Shown here one piece after another: positions 33,548 to 46,400 of a DNA stretch of 64,000 nucleotides. A program made the translations under genes and the position numbers. How positions within the stretch are numbered: position 1 is the stretch's first letter; each line of letters begins with the position of its first letter. Origin of the DNA: Macrostomum lignano (Eukaryota); contig NIVC01001526.1 in NCBI GenBank assembly GCA_002269645.1, forward strand, positions 209,594 through 273,593, written 5' to 3'. The notes beneath the pieces are model-generated. The model was not told the DNA's origin, did not search any database, and worked only from the letters and a program-made list of their open reading frames with translations.

Positions 33548-36500
33548 TTCTGTCTGTCTGTCTGTCTGTCGGCCTGTCTGTCGGCCAGTCTGTCTGTCTG
33601 TCTTTCTGTCTGTCTGCCTTAGTGTCTGTGTGTGTGTCTGTGTGTGTGTGTCTGCCTGTCTGTCTTTTTGTCTACTCAGTTTGTCGGTTCGTGTTGCCAT
33701 TTTAATGTCTTAAGTCTGTCTCAGCCATATTATCCGCCAATCTACAAGCCAGCCTCTCCCAATAGCAATCTCACTATATCCATAGTGGTCTCTCTTCACC
33801 CGTTGGCAGTGTTAACTGTCTCTACAGTCAAGCTCTTGAGCACTTTACTGTCGCTCACTGAGTTGTAACCGGAGCTCCTCTTCAACCAAGGCCCCTTAGT
33901 CTGTCCTGCTCAATTAGTGCAAAGCGCCACCCCGGATGCCCATAGATATATTTGATAACAGCTCTTGCCTATCGAGATATCTATCTACGGTTACGGTGTA
34001 GTAAGATGCACTGAAACGACTGAAACAAAATGCAAGGCATATAGTATTGGTTTTGTCAGCCTAACTGAGAATAAAGCCATCCAAAGTGAGAATCCTGCCT
34101 ACGCTGACTGCGAAGGGCCTGGCTGCGTGCAGCCTTAGTCTATGGGCCATAGACTATAAAGGACAAGCAAAGTGATAAAAAGCCATCCAATGTGAGAATC
34201 CTGCCTACGCTGAATACGAAGGGCCTAGCTGCGTCCAGCCTAGTCTATGAGCCATAGACTATAAAGGACAAGCAAAGTTTTAAAAAGAAATCATCCAGTG
34301 TGTTCCTGTTTCCGTTATTCCGTTCAAGCTATTGGCTAGTCATATGGCTCAGAAGGTATAAAAATAAAAGAATACGACGCATAGACCAATCGGTTCTCAC
34401 TTTGGATGGCTTTATTCTCAGTTAGGCTGACAAAAGCAATACTGCTTACTGTCTGTGTGTGTGTTGTGTGTGTGTCTTATTAGGGCCAGTTGAAAATGCC
34501 GTGTCTTTGCCAATCGATTTCTAGCTGTTCCACTCATCTTCGGGTGTGTGTTTTTTTACACACGAAGCTTCTGTACTTTTATAGTCGTTATTAAATATAG
34601 TATTATGGGTTAGCGGCTTAGTATAATTTCCATGTTATTTATTTTTGTATCTAATTATAATTATGAGACTTTCATTGACCGGCTCTACGCTCGTCTGTCT
34701 ATTCGCTCTACTCGTTTTTTAAGGGCCTTGGTTGCTAGATGGCATGCAGCCTATGTAATTAACTAATCTGCTGTATATCCCTTAGTCTTGAAGCTCACAT
34801 TATACTCGTAGAAATGATGCAAGCTTTCATAGGATTCTCGATCAAAGTCTTCCTTATAAGTACCCAAGCTGTGATGGAAATTTACTCCAATCTGTGATAG
34901 AATGTTTTTTTCCAATTACAATAAATTATTTACAAGTTTCAAATAGAATTCCCCAGATTTACAGTAGAATTTCCCAGTTTTAAGTAGAATTCCCCAAGTT
35001 TCAATAGAATTCCTCAATTTTCCGTAGAATTCTCTAATTTTTAGTAAAATTCCCAAACTTTAAGTAGAGATCCCTAATTTTTAATAGAATTCCCCAAGTT
35101 TCTATAGAATTCCCCAGCTTCTAAATGGATTCTTAACTCTACCCGAGTTCACTGGTAATGGCATCCTTCTTTCCCTGATAACTATATGTAAGTATTAAGG
35201 AAGCATTTGTGTGTGTGGGGGGATTTCTCGTTTTGCAGATATCGCTGCTAGGGAGGGGGAGCAAGGGGATATGGGATCTATGAGCCCCCCGGGAGGGGGG
35301 GGGGTTAAGGCGCTGCGCCACTCTATTTCCCATATTTTTCGCTTTCTCGCCTTCCTGGGAGATTTTTATAGAAAGGCTTATAGCTATATATATATTATAT
35401 GCCTGTATTGATGGAGAGGCGGGCGATGGGGTGGGGGAGGCTGCAACTGCAGCTGCTGCTGCTGCATCGAACAATTTAGCGTCATGCTGTGTGGATACAG
35501 TATGTGCGCGCCGCTTGCTGATCGAGAGAAAGACGAGAGAAGTTAACATCTATTCTAGACAAACGGATCTAGATAGACTGACTGACTGACTGAGACGGCA
35601 CAAGTCAGACAGACAGCTCCGCCATTTACCCCGGGGGAACTATTATGATCTGTCTAAATAACTCGCCCCTGATGCCTTTGCCTGGCCTGCAAGTATAAGT
35701 AGAGAGCAAAAAAAATGAGGATGTTTCTCTTCTTATTAGCTTTTAAAATCCCAAGAGAGTTGGTTGCTGATGAGAGAGGGAGACAGTGCCTGACTGTAAT
35801 GAGTGAAAGACAAACTTTACTGCAGAGTGATGAGCTTGCTGTTTTGGAATGAGGCAGTACGGATCCTCCGTCTTACACTGCGCATTTTGGTCAATTTGGC
35901 GCTTGTGACAGACAGTTTGGCGCCTTAGTGACAATTTGTCGGCGCCTTGTGGAAAATTTGTTGGCACCTTAGTGGACAATTTTTCGGCGCCTTAGCGGAC
36001 AATTTGGCGGCGCCTTAGTCGACAATTTGTTGGCGTCTTAGAGGACAATTTGGCACCTTAGTAGACAATCTGTTAGCGCCTTAGTGGACAATTTAGCGCC
36101 TTAGTGGACAATCTCTTAGCGCCTTAGTGGACAATTTAGCGCCTTAGTGGACGATTTAGCACCTTAGTGAACAATTTAGCGCCTTAGTGGACAATTTAGC
36201 GCCTTAGTGGACAATTTAGCGCCTTAGTGGAGAATTTAGCGCCTTAGTAAACAATTTGGCGCCTTAGTGGACAATTTGGCGCCTTAGTGGACAATTTGGC
36301 GCCTTAATGGACAATTTGGCGCCTTAGTGGACAATTTAGCGCCTTGGTGGACAATTTGACGCTTTAGTGTACAAATGTATCGCATTGGCACCCTGACAGT
36401 GTCTTATGCTTTTTTTACATTTTTTATCTTCTAGAAGCAGCCGGGCAAGCAATCCAGCTTGGCTTCAACTCTGCGACGCGGTTTTCACTCGGGAGCCGCC

Positions 36501-36629
36501 GCCTCGTCCGCTTCGCCTCACCAGGGCCGCAGCCGCCACTTCAGCGGCCAACCGACGGCGTCTCTGGAGCGCTCGGCGTCCGTCCGAGGGCGCGGGCACG
36601 GCGCCGCTCCGATGATGTTGATGGGCGGC

Positions 36630-36671
<42 letters not shown>

Positions 36672-39600
36672 ACGACGGCCGCGGCGCTGTTGGATCCACA
36701 GGACAGCGGCCCGATGCTTGACCTGACTCACATTGTACCGCCTCCGCCTCCGCCCGCGTCAATGAACCAGAGTCTGACTGCCACTGGTGAGGCTGATGGA
36801 GAGGGATCTGGGAGATTTGGGATGACTATAAGGGGATTCGGGAGATTTCGGATGACTATAAGGGGATTCGGGAGATTTCGGATGACTATAAGGGGATCTG
36901 GGAGATTTGGGATGACTATAAGGGGATCTGGGAGATTTGGGATGACTATAAGGGGATCTGGGAGATTTGGGATGACTATAAGGGGATTCGGGAGATTTCG
37001 GATGACTATAAGGGGATTCGGGAGATTTCGGATGACTAGAAGGGGATCTGGGAGATTTGGGATGGCTAGGAGGGGATCTGGGAGATTTCGGATGGCTATA
37101 AGGGGATCTGGGAGATTTGGGATGACTAGAAGGGGATTCGGGAGATTTGGGATGACTAGGAGGGGATTCGGGAGATTCGGGATGACTAGGAGGGGATTCG
37201 GGAGATTTGGATGGCTAGGAGGGGATCTGGGAGATTTAGGATGACTAGAAGGGAATGTGGGAGATTTGGGATGACTAGAAGGGAATCTGGGAGATTTGGG
37301 ATGACGAAGGGAATCTGGGAGATTTGGATGGCTAGGAGGGGATCTGGGAGATTTGGGATGACTAGAAGGGAATCTGGGAGATTTGGGATGACTAGAAGGG
37401 AATCTGGGAGATTTGGGATGACTAGAAGGGAATCTGGGAGATTTGGGATGACTAGAAGGGAATCTGGGAGATTTGGGATGACTAGAAGGGAATCTGGGAG
37501 ATTTGGGATGACTATGAAGGGATCTGGGAGATTTGGATGGCTAGGAGGGGATCTGGGAGATTCGGGATAACTATGAGTTATGAGGTACTCTATCCATCCC
37601 GCAGCTAAAATGCACTATTTACTGTCAATCGCCCTGTCCCAAAGGGCTAATGAAGCGGTGCACAGTCTCAAAAAAGTGATTTGTTAGCCCCATGGCTGCG
37701 GTTGTGGCAGTGTCGCTCAGAGTTGCAGTAAATTGAATTTCTCCGAATTCCTCTCTCACCCCCTGTCTCTCCTTGATTTCATTACGAATGCTTGACTTTG
37801 CTGGGCGTTTGCTTTTATAGTTTTGGGTGAAAATTGAGAACTATCCATATGCATTATATATATATATATGCATGCATAGTCTAAGACTGTGCTCTAATGC
37901 AATCCAAGTACTGTCAATAATAAAGTGCAGATATAGACTGATGCACCCTCTCCTATTTTCCTTAGTTACATCAGATTTTCTAAGTTTAAAACTAGTCCTC
38001 TGACACCCTACCTGGAATCGAACCCGGGTCCTCTGACACCCTACCTGGAATCGAACCCGGGCCCTCTGACACCCTACCTGGAATCGAACCCGGGCCCTCT
38101 GACACCATACCTGGAATCAAACCCGGGCCCTCTGACACCCTACATGGAATCAAACCCGGGCCCTCTGACACCCTACCCGGAATCAAACCTGGGTCCTCTT
38201 ACGCCATATCTGGTATCGAGCCCGGGTCCTTCGAAATTAACGAGGAATCGAACCCGGGGCCTCCCCCCCACAACCACCCGCAGGAGGCAGCCTGGGCAGA
38301 CCCGGCAAGCTCACCCAGCTGTCGCACAGTCTGCAGCATGTTGACGGTGGGACTTCAGCAATGCCATCAATTGCTGCTACAGCTGCTTCTGTTAGTATTG
38401 CGCCTTTTTCTGCGGCTTCAATAGCTCAGCCAATGATGTCGGATGGGCTGGCTATGCAAGCAGTGCAGCATCAGCAGCACCAGCAGCAGCAAGGGATTAA
38501 CGCGTGGGCTCCAGCAAGTCTCGCTACTGGTGCACTGACTGTGACTACGAATGCCTTTGTGTCTGGGCAGCAGCAACAACAACAGCAGCAACAGCGATTG
38601 GATGACGAACATCGGTTAATTGCCAGGTAGGGGGTCAAAAATTACTCTCTTCTTGACCGTGTTTCTTGAAGACCAACCTGAGTCTCTTTTTGAAGGTTTA
38701 ATATCGACAAAAAGTAATGTTTTTTTTAAATAGAGCAAGTCGTTTCTTTTTTTATAAAAATTTCGTTGTTTCAAAAACAGCTACAATATTATTAGAAAGT
38801 TTTGTACTAAAAATGTTCTTAAAAATGGAGTTAATTTTAAGAACTAAGCTTTATTCTTAGAAAACAGATGTCATTCCTAGAAATAGACGTCGTTTCTAAA
38901 AACAGACGTAATTCTTAGAAAATAGACATCATTCTTAGAAGCAGACGTGATTCTTAGAAACAGGTGATTCTTAGAAAATAGACGTCACTCATAGAAACAG
39001 ACGTCATTCTTAGAAACAGGCGTCATTCTTAGAAACAGGCGTCATTCTTAGAAACAGGCGTCGTTCTTAGAAACAGGCGTCATTCTTAGAAACAGGCGTC
39101 ATTCTTAGAAACAAGCGTCATTCTTAGAAACAGGCGTCATTCTTAGAAACAGACATGATTCTTAGAAAAAAGACGTCACTCATAGAAACAGACGTCATTC
39201 TTAGAAACATACGTAATTCTTGGACTAGACGTAATTCTTATAAACAGACGTGATTCTTAGAAACAGACGTGATTCTTAGAAACAGACGTAATTATTATAA
39301 ACAGACGTGATTCTTAGAAACAGACGTGATTCTTAGAAACAGACGTGATTCTTAGAAACAGACGTGATTCTTAGAAACAGACGTGATTCTTAGAAACAGA
39401 CGCCATTCTTAGAAATAGACGCCATTCTTAGAAATAGACGCCATTCTTAGAAAACAGACGTTCTTTTCTGATGAAGCCCCCTCGGCGCCAACCCTCAAGG
39501 TACGCGGCCGCTCTACAATTAAATGGCGCAGCCGGCGCCAATTCCGGCGCTTTTCCAGTCGGCGCCATTGGCGGCGATGGCGGCGCGGCCGCTTTAGCCG

Positions 39601-39967
39601 CTTCGGCTGCCGATCTGGCGCAGGCGCGAGCTCAGGAGCGCAAAATTCGCGACTTGGAACGTCAAAACGAACGCATGCTTGCAGAGATTGAACAGTTAAA
39701 ATTGCAGTCGGCTCAGCTGCGGGAACAGCAGAGTCACAGCCAGGATCAGCTGATCATAAATCAGAACAGCCTCCTTGGCGAGTTGCGACATCTCAGACAG
39801 CGCAAAGATCAACTTGAGGACAGGATGGGCCGTCTGCAGGAGTCCAGGCGAGATCTTATGCAGCAGCTTGAACAGCTGATGGCCAGACTGTCTATGGCCG
39901 ATACCTATTATCGGGCTCAGTCTGCCGCGGCCGCCTCGCGTTCGGTGCCAGCAGCTCTGCCAAACAT

Positions 39968-39999
<32 letters not shown>

Positions 40000-40226
40000 C
40001 ACAATATCCTCATTATTATGCCCAGCAACAGCAGCAGCAGCATCCTTACCATAGTTTGCAAATTATGCATCATCAACATCATCAGCAACATCAGCAACAA
40101 CAGCAACAACAGCATCAACAGCAAGACCCAGTGCGGCATCTGTTCCATGCCGCGGACGATGTGTCCACTGCGATTGGTGGCCTAGTTGAAGAATTACAAC
40201 AGCTACAGTATTCTACTGTGGATTGA
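29468..40226 (+). CDS. DTNA: Dystrobrevin; exons 29468-29513, 29610-30436, (33113-33406 optional), 36435-36786, 38284-38626, 39500-40226
   Basis: [19 protein letters not shown] (EF-hand region), ZZ finger CSVC...GFRYKCQQC...LCQECFW...[31 protein letters not shown] and C-terminal coiled coils ([37 protein letters not shown]). All junctions are phase-consistent. The alpha/beta paralog label is not meaningful for an invertebrate. Confidence 0.93.
30845..31688 (+). repeat. ~19-25-bp minisatellite (CCCATATCGATCGCAGCAACCCCCA) in dystrobrevin intron 2
   Basis: Tandem units with a palindromic ATCGAT core. Confidence 0.94.
32423..32524 (+). repeat. (GACT)n microsatellite
   Basis: Direct observation. 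Confidence 0.95.
33113..33406 (+). CDS. Putative cassette or alternative exon of dystrobrevin (98 codons, phase 0-0)
   Basis: CAG acceptor, open frame [20 protein letters not shown]...[23 protein letters not shown] donor, GC-rich against its flanks. Confidence 0.55.
33420..33666 (+). repeat. (GTCT)n/(GT)n compound microsatellite
   Basis: Direct observation, just after the 33407 donor. Confidence 0.93.
34043..34443. mobile_element. ~400-bp MITE with 50-bp TIRs and an internal ~110-bp direct duplication carrying AGTCTATG(G/A)GCCATAGACT palindromes
   Basis: 34043-34092 (AGTATTGGTTTTGTCAGCCTAACTGAGAATAAAGCCATCCAAAGTGAGAA) matches the reverse complement of 34394-34443 with one mismatch. No clear TSD. 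Confidence 0.7.
35905..36368 (+). repeat. ~21-bp minisatellite (GCGCCTTAGTGGACAATTTAG)
   Basis: Tandem units that become more homogeneous toward the 36434 acceptor. Confidence 0.92.
36803..37570 (+). repeat. 30-bp G-rich minisatellite (GGGGATCTGGGAGATTTGGGATGACTATAA)
   Basis: About 25 units starting just after the 36787 donor. Confidence 0.94.
37996..38260 (-). repeat. 33-bp tandem array containing a tRNA T-arm/B-box motif (CCCGGGTTCGATTCC) in each unit
   Basis: Plus-strand unit CCTCTGACACCCTACCTGGAATCGAACCCGGG(T/C); about 7-8 units, degenerating toward 38260. Confidence 0.85.
38870..39460 (+). repeat. ~20-bp minisatellite (AGACGT(C/G)ATTCTTAGAAAC)
   Basis: Tandem units in the last dystrobrevin intron. 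Confidence 0.92.
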
Positions 40227-40269
40227 GCTCTTTGTTATAGAGGGTATGCGCGTATTATACTACTGCTCT

Positions 40270-40600
40270 GGTGTCATAAAATATCCCCTTTATAGTATAA
40301 TGGGATTATAGTGTCATAAAGTATCCCTTTAAAATATAATGGGATTATAGTGTCATAAATTATCCCCTTTAAAGTATAATGGGATTATAGTGTCATAAAA
40401 CATCCCCTTTATGGTAAAATGGGATCATAGCGTCATAAAATATCCCTTTAAAGTATAATGGGATTTTATTGTCATAAAATATCCCCTTTATAGTATGATG
40501 TGATTATAGTGTGATGAAGTATCCCTTTAAATTATAATGGGATTATAGTTTCATAAAGTATCCCTTTATAGTATAATGGGATCAGTGTCATAAAATGTCC
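40270..40600 (+). repeat. ~40-bp minisatellite (GTGTCATAAAATATCCCCTTTATAGTATAATGGGATTATA)
   Basis: About 8 diverged units just after the dystrobrevin stop codon. Confidence 0.88.
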
Positions 40601-41777
40601 CCTCAGGAGACCTCACTTCTTCGCACCTAACCAGATTATTACAACTATTTACCTCTTCAGACCCATTGACAGCTCGAATTTCTGCCCTCCTTCCGAGACG
40701 AAAGCGAGTTGCTGCATTTTTATAATTTGGCTTACAGGACTCACCCTTGACAGAGAGCTGGACCAGCATGCCAGAGCACTGTGCACTTCTGTTATTTCAT
40801 AGTCTATTGGTAGATTTGCGCCGATCTCACAAAGTCAATGCAATTCACGATTTTCTGTTATGCACAGCATTCTATTTTTCACTTTAAGTATTGCGTATTT
40901 ATTGCGCTCGAAGAACACTATAAACATATGTGCATAATATACTACTGAATCATCGCTTGCAATTGCACACTTTCAAATTGTTCAAATTTCATATCGTAAA
41001 TAAATTTATTTTTGTTTAAACTAACGTTTTAAGCTGTATCACAAACTATAATTAATGATATTAATTTCTTCCTTTTTATATATTCGAGGAATTTTCACTG
41101 TTAGTAGTATGATAGGCGCTTGAATTCTGAATTGTTTTTTTACTGAATTCTTAATAGATTAGTATATTTCTCAAATCTAGTCCATATATTGTAATAATAG
41201 TAGTCTATATGTATCTTGTAAATCACCAGATTCTCATAATATCAATCTAAACTACTGCTGTGCCACAGCACTAAGTAGTATTTTATGTTGTTCTAAATTT
41301 AGAAAAAAATAAATATCACTAATTGCTAAAATTAGCTGATATCGTTCTGTTGTATTTTTATTTTCTCAAATATTTTTGTATCGCATTTTTCATTTTATTG
41401 CTAAGCTATTTTTCCTTGCTATTTTGGAATCAACATTTTTCAGATAGCGTAATTAATATTTATTGTTTTGCGGTTAAAATTCTTGTTAACACGCGAATTA
41501 TATTGCACACAAGTAGTACAGTATGTGCATACGATACAATTAGCTATTTTCATTCCTGCCCTTAATTTTCTCTGTTCGCTGCTGGGTAGGTTGTAATTAA
41601 AAAGTATATCTTATTTTTTAAAGCTCTTTTTGTGATTCTCCTTGTTGAGACCCCTATAGGAAATTATCTATAAAGTAAACAAAATTTTAGTGGATAAATT
41701 TAATTTTGCTTTGATAATGTTTATATCAAATTTAAGCGTGCCTTGATTTAAAACATTTGACTTTTCCTTTGAGAACG

Positions 41778-42730
41778 TCTCCTGACCCCCGGGTCTCCTG
41801 ACCCCCGGGTCTCCTGACCCCCGGGTCTCCTGACCCCCGGGTCTCCTGACCCCCGGGTCTCCTGACCCCCGGGTCTCCTGACCCCCGGGTCTCCTGACCC
41901 CCGGGTCTCCTGACCCCCGGGTCATTTGACCCCCGGATCTGTTGACCCCCGGGCCATTTGACCCCCGGATCTGTTGACCCCCGGGCCTGTTGACCCCCGG
42001 GTCTGTTGACCCCCGGGTCTGTTGACCCCCGGGTCTCCTGACCCCTGGGTCTCCTGACCCCCGGGTCTCCTGACCCCTGGGTCTCCTGACCCCTGGGTCT
42101 CCTGACCCCTGGGTCTCCTGACCCCTGGGTCTCCTGACCCCTGGGTCTCCTAATCCCCAGGTCTCCTAACCCCCGGGTCTGTTGACCCCCGGGTCTGTTG
42201 ACCCCCGGGTCTGTTGACCCCCGGGTCTGTTAACCCCGGGTCTCCTGACCCCCGGGTCTCCTAACCACCGGGTCTCCTGACCCCCGGGTCTCCTGACCCC
42301 CGGGTCTCCTGACCCCCGGGTCTCCTGACCCCCGGGTCTCCTGACCCCCGGGTCTCCTGACCCCCGGGTCTCCTGACCCCCGGGTCTCCTGACCCCCGGG
42401 TCTCCTGACCCCCAGGTCTCCTGACCCCCGGGTCTCCTGACCCCCGGGTCTCCTGACCCCGGGTCTCCTGACCCCCAGGTCTCCTGACCCCGGGTCTCCT
42501 GACCCCGGGTCTCCTGACCCCCGGGTCTCCTGACCCCCGGGTCTCCTGACCCCCGGGTCTCCTGACCCCCAGGTCTCCTGACCCACCGGGTCTCCTGACC
42601 CCCGAGTCTCCTGACCCCCGGGTCTCCTGACCCCCAGGTCTCCTGACCCACCGGGTCTCCTGACCCCCGAGTCTCCTGACCCCCGGGTCTCCTGACCCCC
42701 GGGTCTTCTAACCCCCGGGTCTTCTGACCC
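41778..42730 (+). repeat. 15-16-bp minisatellite (GACCCCCGGGTCTCCT), each unit self-complementary
   Basis: Direct observation. Confidence 0.96.
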
Positions 42731-43447
42731 ACGGGCTCATTATGAAATCAACTGACGTTGAAATGCACCCAGTTTAGCAGACAAAATTCTAAATTCACTT
42801 CTTTAGCTGCAGAACTTCTTGGCCTCATCAATACGTGTTAACGAATTTGAGCCTGCACTGTTTCTCACTGTTGAGATAAAATTGCACCTGTTTAAAATGT
42901 TGAGCGAAGCAGAGTACAGAGTACATTGACGAGACAGTTAAAATGCAGCTTCATCGGGCAGTCAGTATCTTAATTTTCATATTTTCTCAGGCCTGTTGCT
43001 TAGGACCTAACCTGCCGCTCTGTGACGCCAACCCACCTCCCCTCCCAGCTCTGCCCAGCAACTGCAGGTAGCTCGAATGAAAACCGACAAACCGTCATAT
43101 TGTCATTCCGCTCTCTCGCCTAGGCTCCATGCAAAGAATTAACCCCCCTTGCAGCAAGCATAGGTTTCTATTGTTCTTTTTTGTCTAGCTATCAGATATA
43201 TTTCTTAAACTCTGTGCAGTTTACAGTCCCTCTCTCTCCGCCTCTCTCCCAGTTTCTCCTTCATCATGCCTCTAGCTCTGATTGGCACTAAATTCTGAGG
43301 ACCGTTTTCTTCTGAAGCTCTGCTGTCCCTAAAACCTGCCGTAGCCGTAGCAGTAGCCGTAGATAAAATTATAAGCTGATATATAGAGCAGTGCTTAGAG
43401 GACTAATTAGTCTAATTAACCTAACTGGAATAATTCTCGAAAAAGGC

Positions 43448-46400
43448 ATGAGCAGTGGAATTCAACGGCCGAAAACTGCCGGCCCGAGTGGAGTTGGCTT
43501 GCAGCAGCGAACTGAGGCTGGCGGGCTGCCGAGAAGGTAAATGCATGTACAGTTGGTTTGGTCTTAAGTCAACTGTCTTAGATAAGTAAGCGTCAATTAT
43601 CTTAGAATTGTAAGCACCGACTGTCTTAGAAATGTAAGCGCTAAGTGTCTTAGAAGTGTAAGCGCCAAGTGTCTTAGAAATGTAAGCATCAACTGTCTTA
43701 GAAATGTAAGCATCAACTGTCCTAGTAGTGTAAGCATCAACTGTCTTAGAAATGTAAGCGTCAACTGTGGTAGAAATGTAAGCGTCAACTGTCTTAGAAA
43801 TGTAAGCATCAACTGTCTTAGAAATGTAAGCGTCAACTGTCTTAGAAATGTAAGCTTCAACTGTCTTAGAAATGCAAGCATCAACTAAGGTAGAAATGTA
43901 AGCGTCAACTGTCTTAGAAATGTAAGCGTCAACTGTTTTAGAAATGTAAGCGTCAACTGATTTAGAAATGTAAGCGTCAACTGTCTTAGAAATGTAAGCA
44001 TCAACTAAGGTAGAAATGTAAGCTTCAACTGTCTTAGAAATGCAAGCGTCAACTGTCTTAAAAATGTAAGCGTCAACTGTGTGGTAGAAATGTAAGCGTC
44101 AACTGAGGTAGAAATGTGAGCGTCAACTGTCTTAGAAATGTAAGCGTCAACTGTGGTAGAAATGTATGCAGCAACTATCTTAGTAATATAATTAGCAGCA
44201 ATTTTCTTAGAAATGCAGGCGCTAAGTGTCTTAGAAATGTAAGCTTCAACTGTCTTAGAAATGCAAGCATCAACTGTCTTAGAAATGTAAGCATCAACTG
44301 TCTTAGAAATGCAAGCATCAACTGTCTTAGAAATGTAAGCTTCAACTGTCTTAGAAATGCAAGCGCTAAGTGTCTTAATAGTGTAAGCGCCGACAGTGAA
44401 TATTGAGTTGTAAAGTTGCGCTTCTATCTCAAAGATTTCCTGGAATCCTACATTGAATCCTGCCTCTAGCTTAGAATATTGCACTTTAGTTCTGAGACCA
44501 TGCAGCTCCAATTTCGTAGACAGTTTTTGTTTAAACACGGCATTGCTCAAACAGAGGTCCATAGCTGCAGTCTAGACTTTCACTTCGCTTAATGAGTTGG
44601 ATTGGGTTTTGAATTTATTTAACCAGCAGGCACTCTCATACACGCGCTCACACAAGGTGTACAGCTGCCCACTGACTTTTTAATCGTCAGTCATGTACAC
44701 AATCTGTGCCTTGGGGGGTTGGCCCTCAAGGCCGTTAATTGCACGAGCAGAGCCAAGCCGAGATTCCAATTTAGCCCTAAATTAATGCGACTGCACTTGG
44801 AATCGAGCCTGGGCCGCTGGCATGGTATATCCCGCACCCTCTGCTAGCAGTAAGCTATTGCTGAGTCATCGTGTTGCACTTTTCCCCACTCCAGATCCGG
44901 ATCCCAGATGTCGCTGAGATCCACCGCGGACGCCTCCTGCTGGCCGCAGTACGTGCCCATCCGGCGGGCGCCCAGCGCGATGAAGAGAAATATGGAGATT
45001 CAGGTAGGGTGTGATGAGAAGCGGATCTTCTGATGATTTTCTAGTTTTCGATTCCTTGGGTTTTTTCGGTGAGAATTTAAGTCGCTATTCGATAATCACC
45101 TGGATTTCCTAACTCTCTCTCTCTTCGATAATTATCCGGATTCTAAAAATTCTCTGTAAGTCGAGAGTTCAACCAGCAACATATTCGCATATCTGAATTT
45201 CAAAAATCAAATTAGGTAACCATAATATTTAGTGAATTAAACTCTTATACTACTAATAAACTCAATTTACTAAGTAGTTAATCCCCGCTATAATAATTAA
45301 TTAAACGCAGACCGACGCGGCCCTGCCGCCGGCCATGGGTGTCAGCGCCGGCCAGGGCACCGAGGCTGATCAGCCGGGCGGCCTGGCGTCAGGCGGTGGC
45401 ACCCTTTTCTACCCCTACTATGTGCCTGGAGTTCAGAGCGGACCGACTGCTGGCAACGGACAGAAGCAGCAGCAGCCATTCGTGCTCTTGTCTCCATGGC
45501 AACTGCCCGGCTACCAGACCCTACCGGTGCTGGACCCGGCTCAGCTGCGCCTCCTTGAGCCGGCGCTGTCGCAGTCGCGCTCGCAGCAGCAGGCGCATCC
45601 ACTGGATGGATCGCCGGTGTTTCGTTCGGGTCGAAACGGCAGCTGCTGGCGACACGTGCGGCAGTGCACCGGCAATTTGGGCAACAATATCATGTTTATT
45701 GACGGTGAGTGGCGCTGCCTCTACCTACCGGGTTTGTGTGCGAAGATATGAAAAGATGACACTGATATCTGACCTCTGACCTCTGACATCTGACTTCTGA
45801 CACTGACATCTGACCTCTGAAACTGACATGTGACCTCTGACACTGACATCTGACCTCTGAAACTGACATGTGACCTCTGACACTGACATCTGACCTCTGA
45901 CACGAACGTCTGACCTCTGACACCGACATCAGACCTCTGACACCGACACCTGACTTCTGACACTGACATCTGACCTTTGACACCGACATCAGACCTCTGA
46001 CACCGACACCTGACCTCTGACACCGACACCTGACTTCTGACACTGATATCTGACCTTTGACACTAACACCTGACTTCTGACACCGACATCTGACACTGAC
46101 ACTGACCAACATCTGAAACTGACACTGACACTGACCGACATCTGACACTGACACTGACACTGCACGGCATCTGACACTGACACTGACATCTGACTTCTGA
46201 CACTGACATCTGACTTCTGACACTGACATCTGACTTCTGACACTGACATCTGACACTGATATCTGACTTCTGACACTGATATCTAACCTTGGACACTGAA
46301 ATCTGACTTCTGACACCGAAACCTGACTTTTTACACTGGAATTTTTCAGCATATTTATCGAATCTAATTAAAATGGGCAACTACTATTAGTAGCAAAAAG

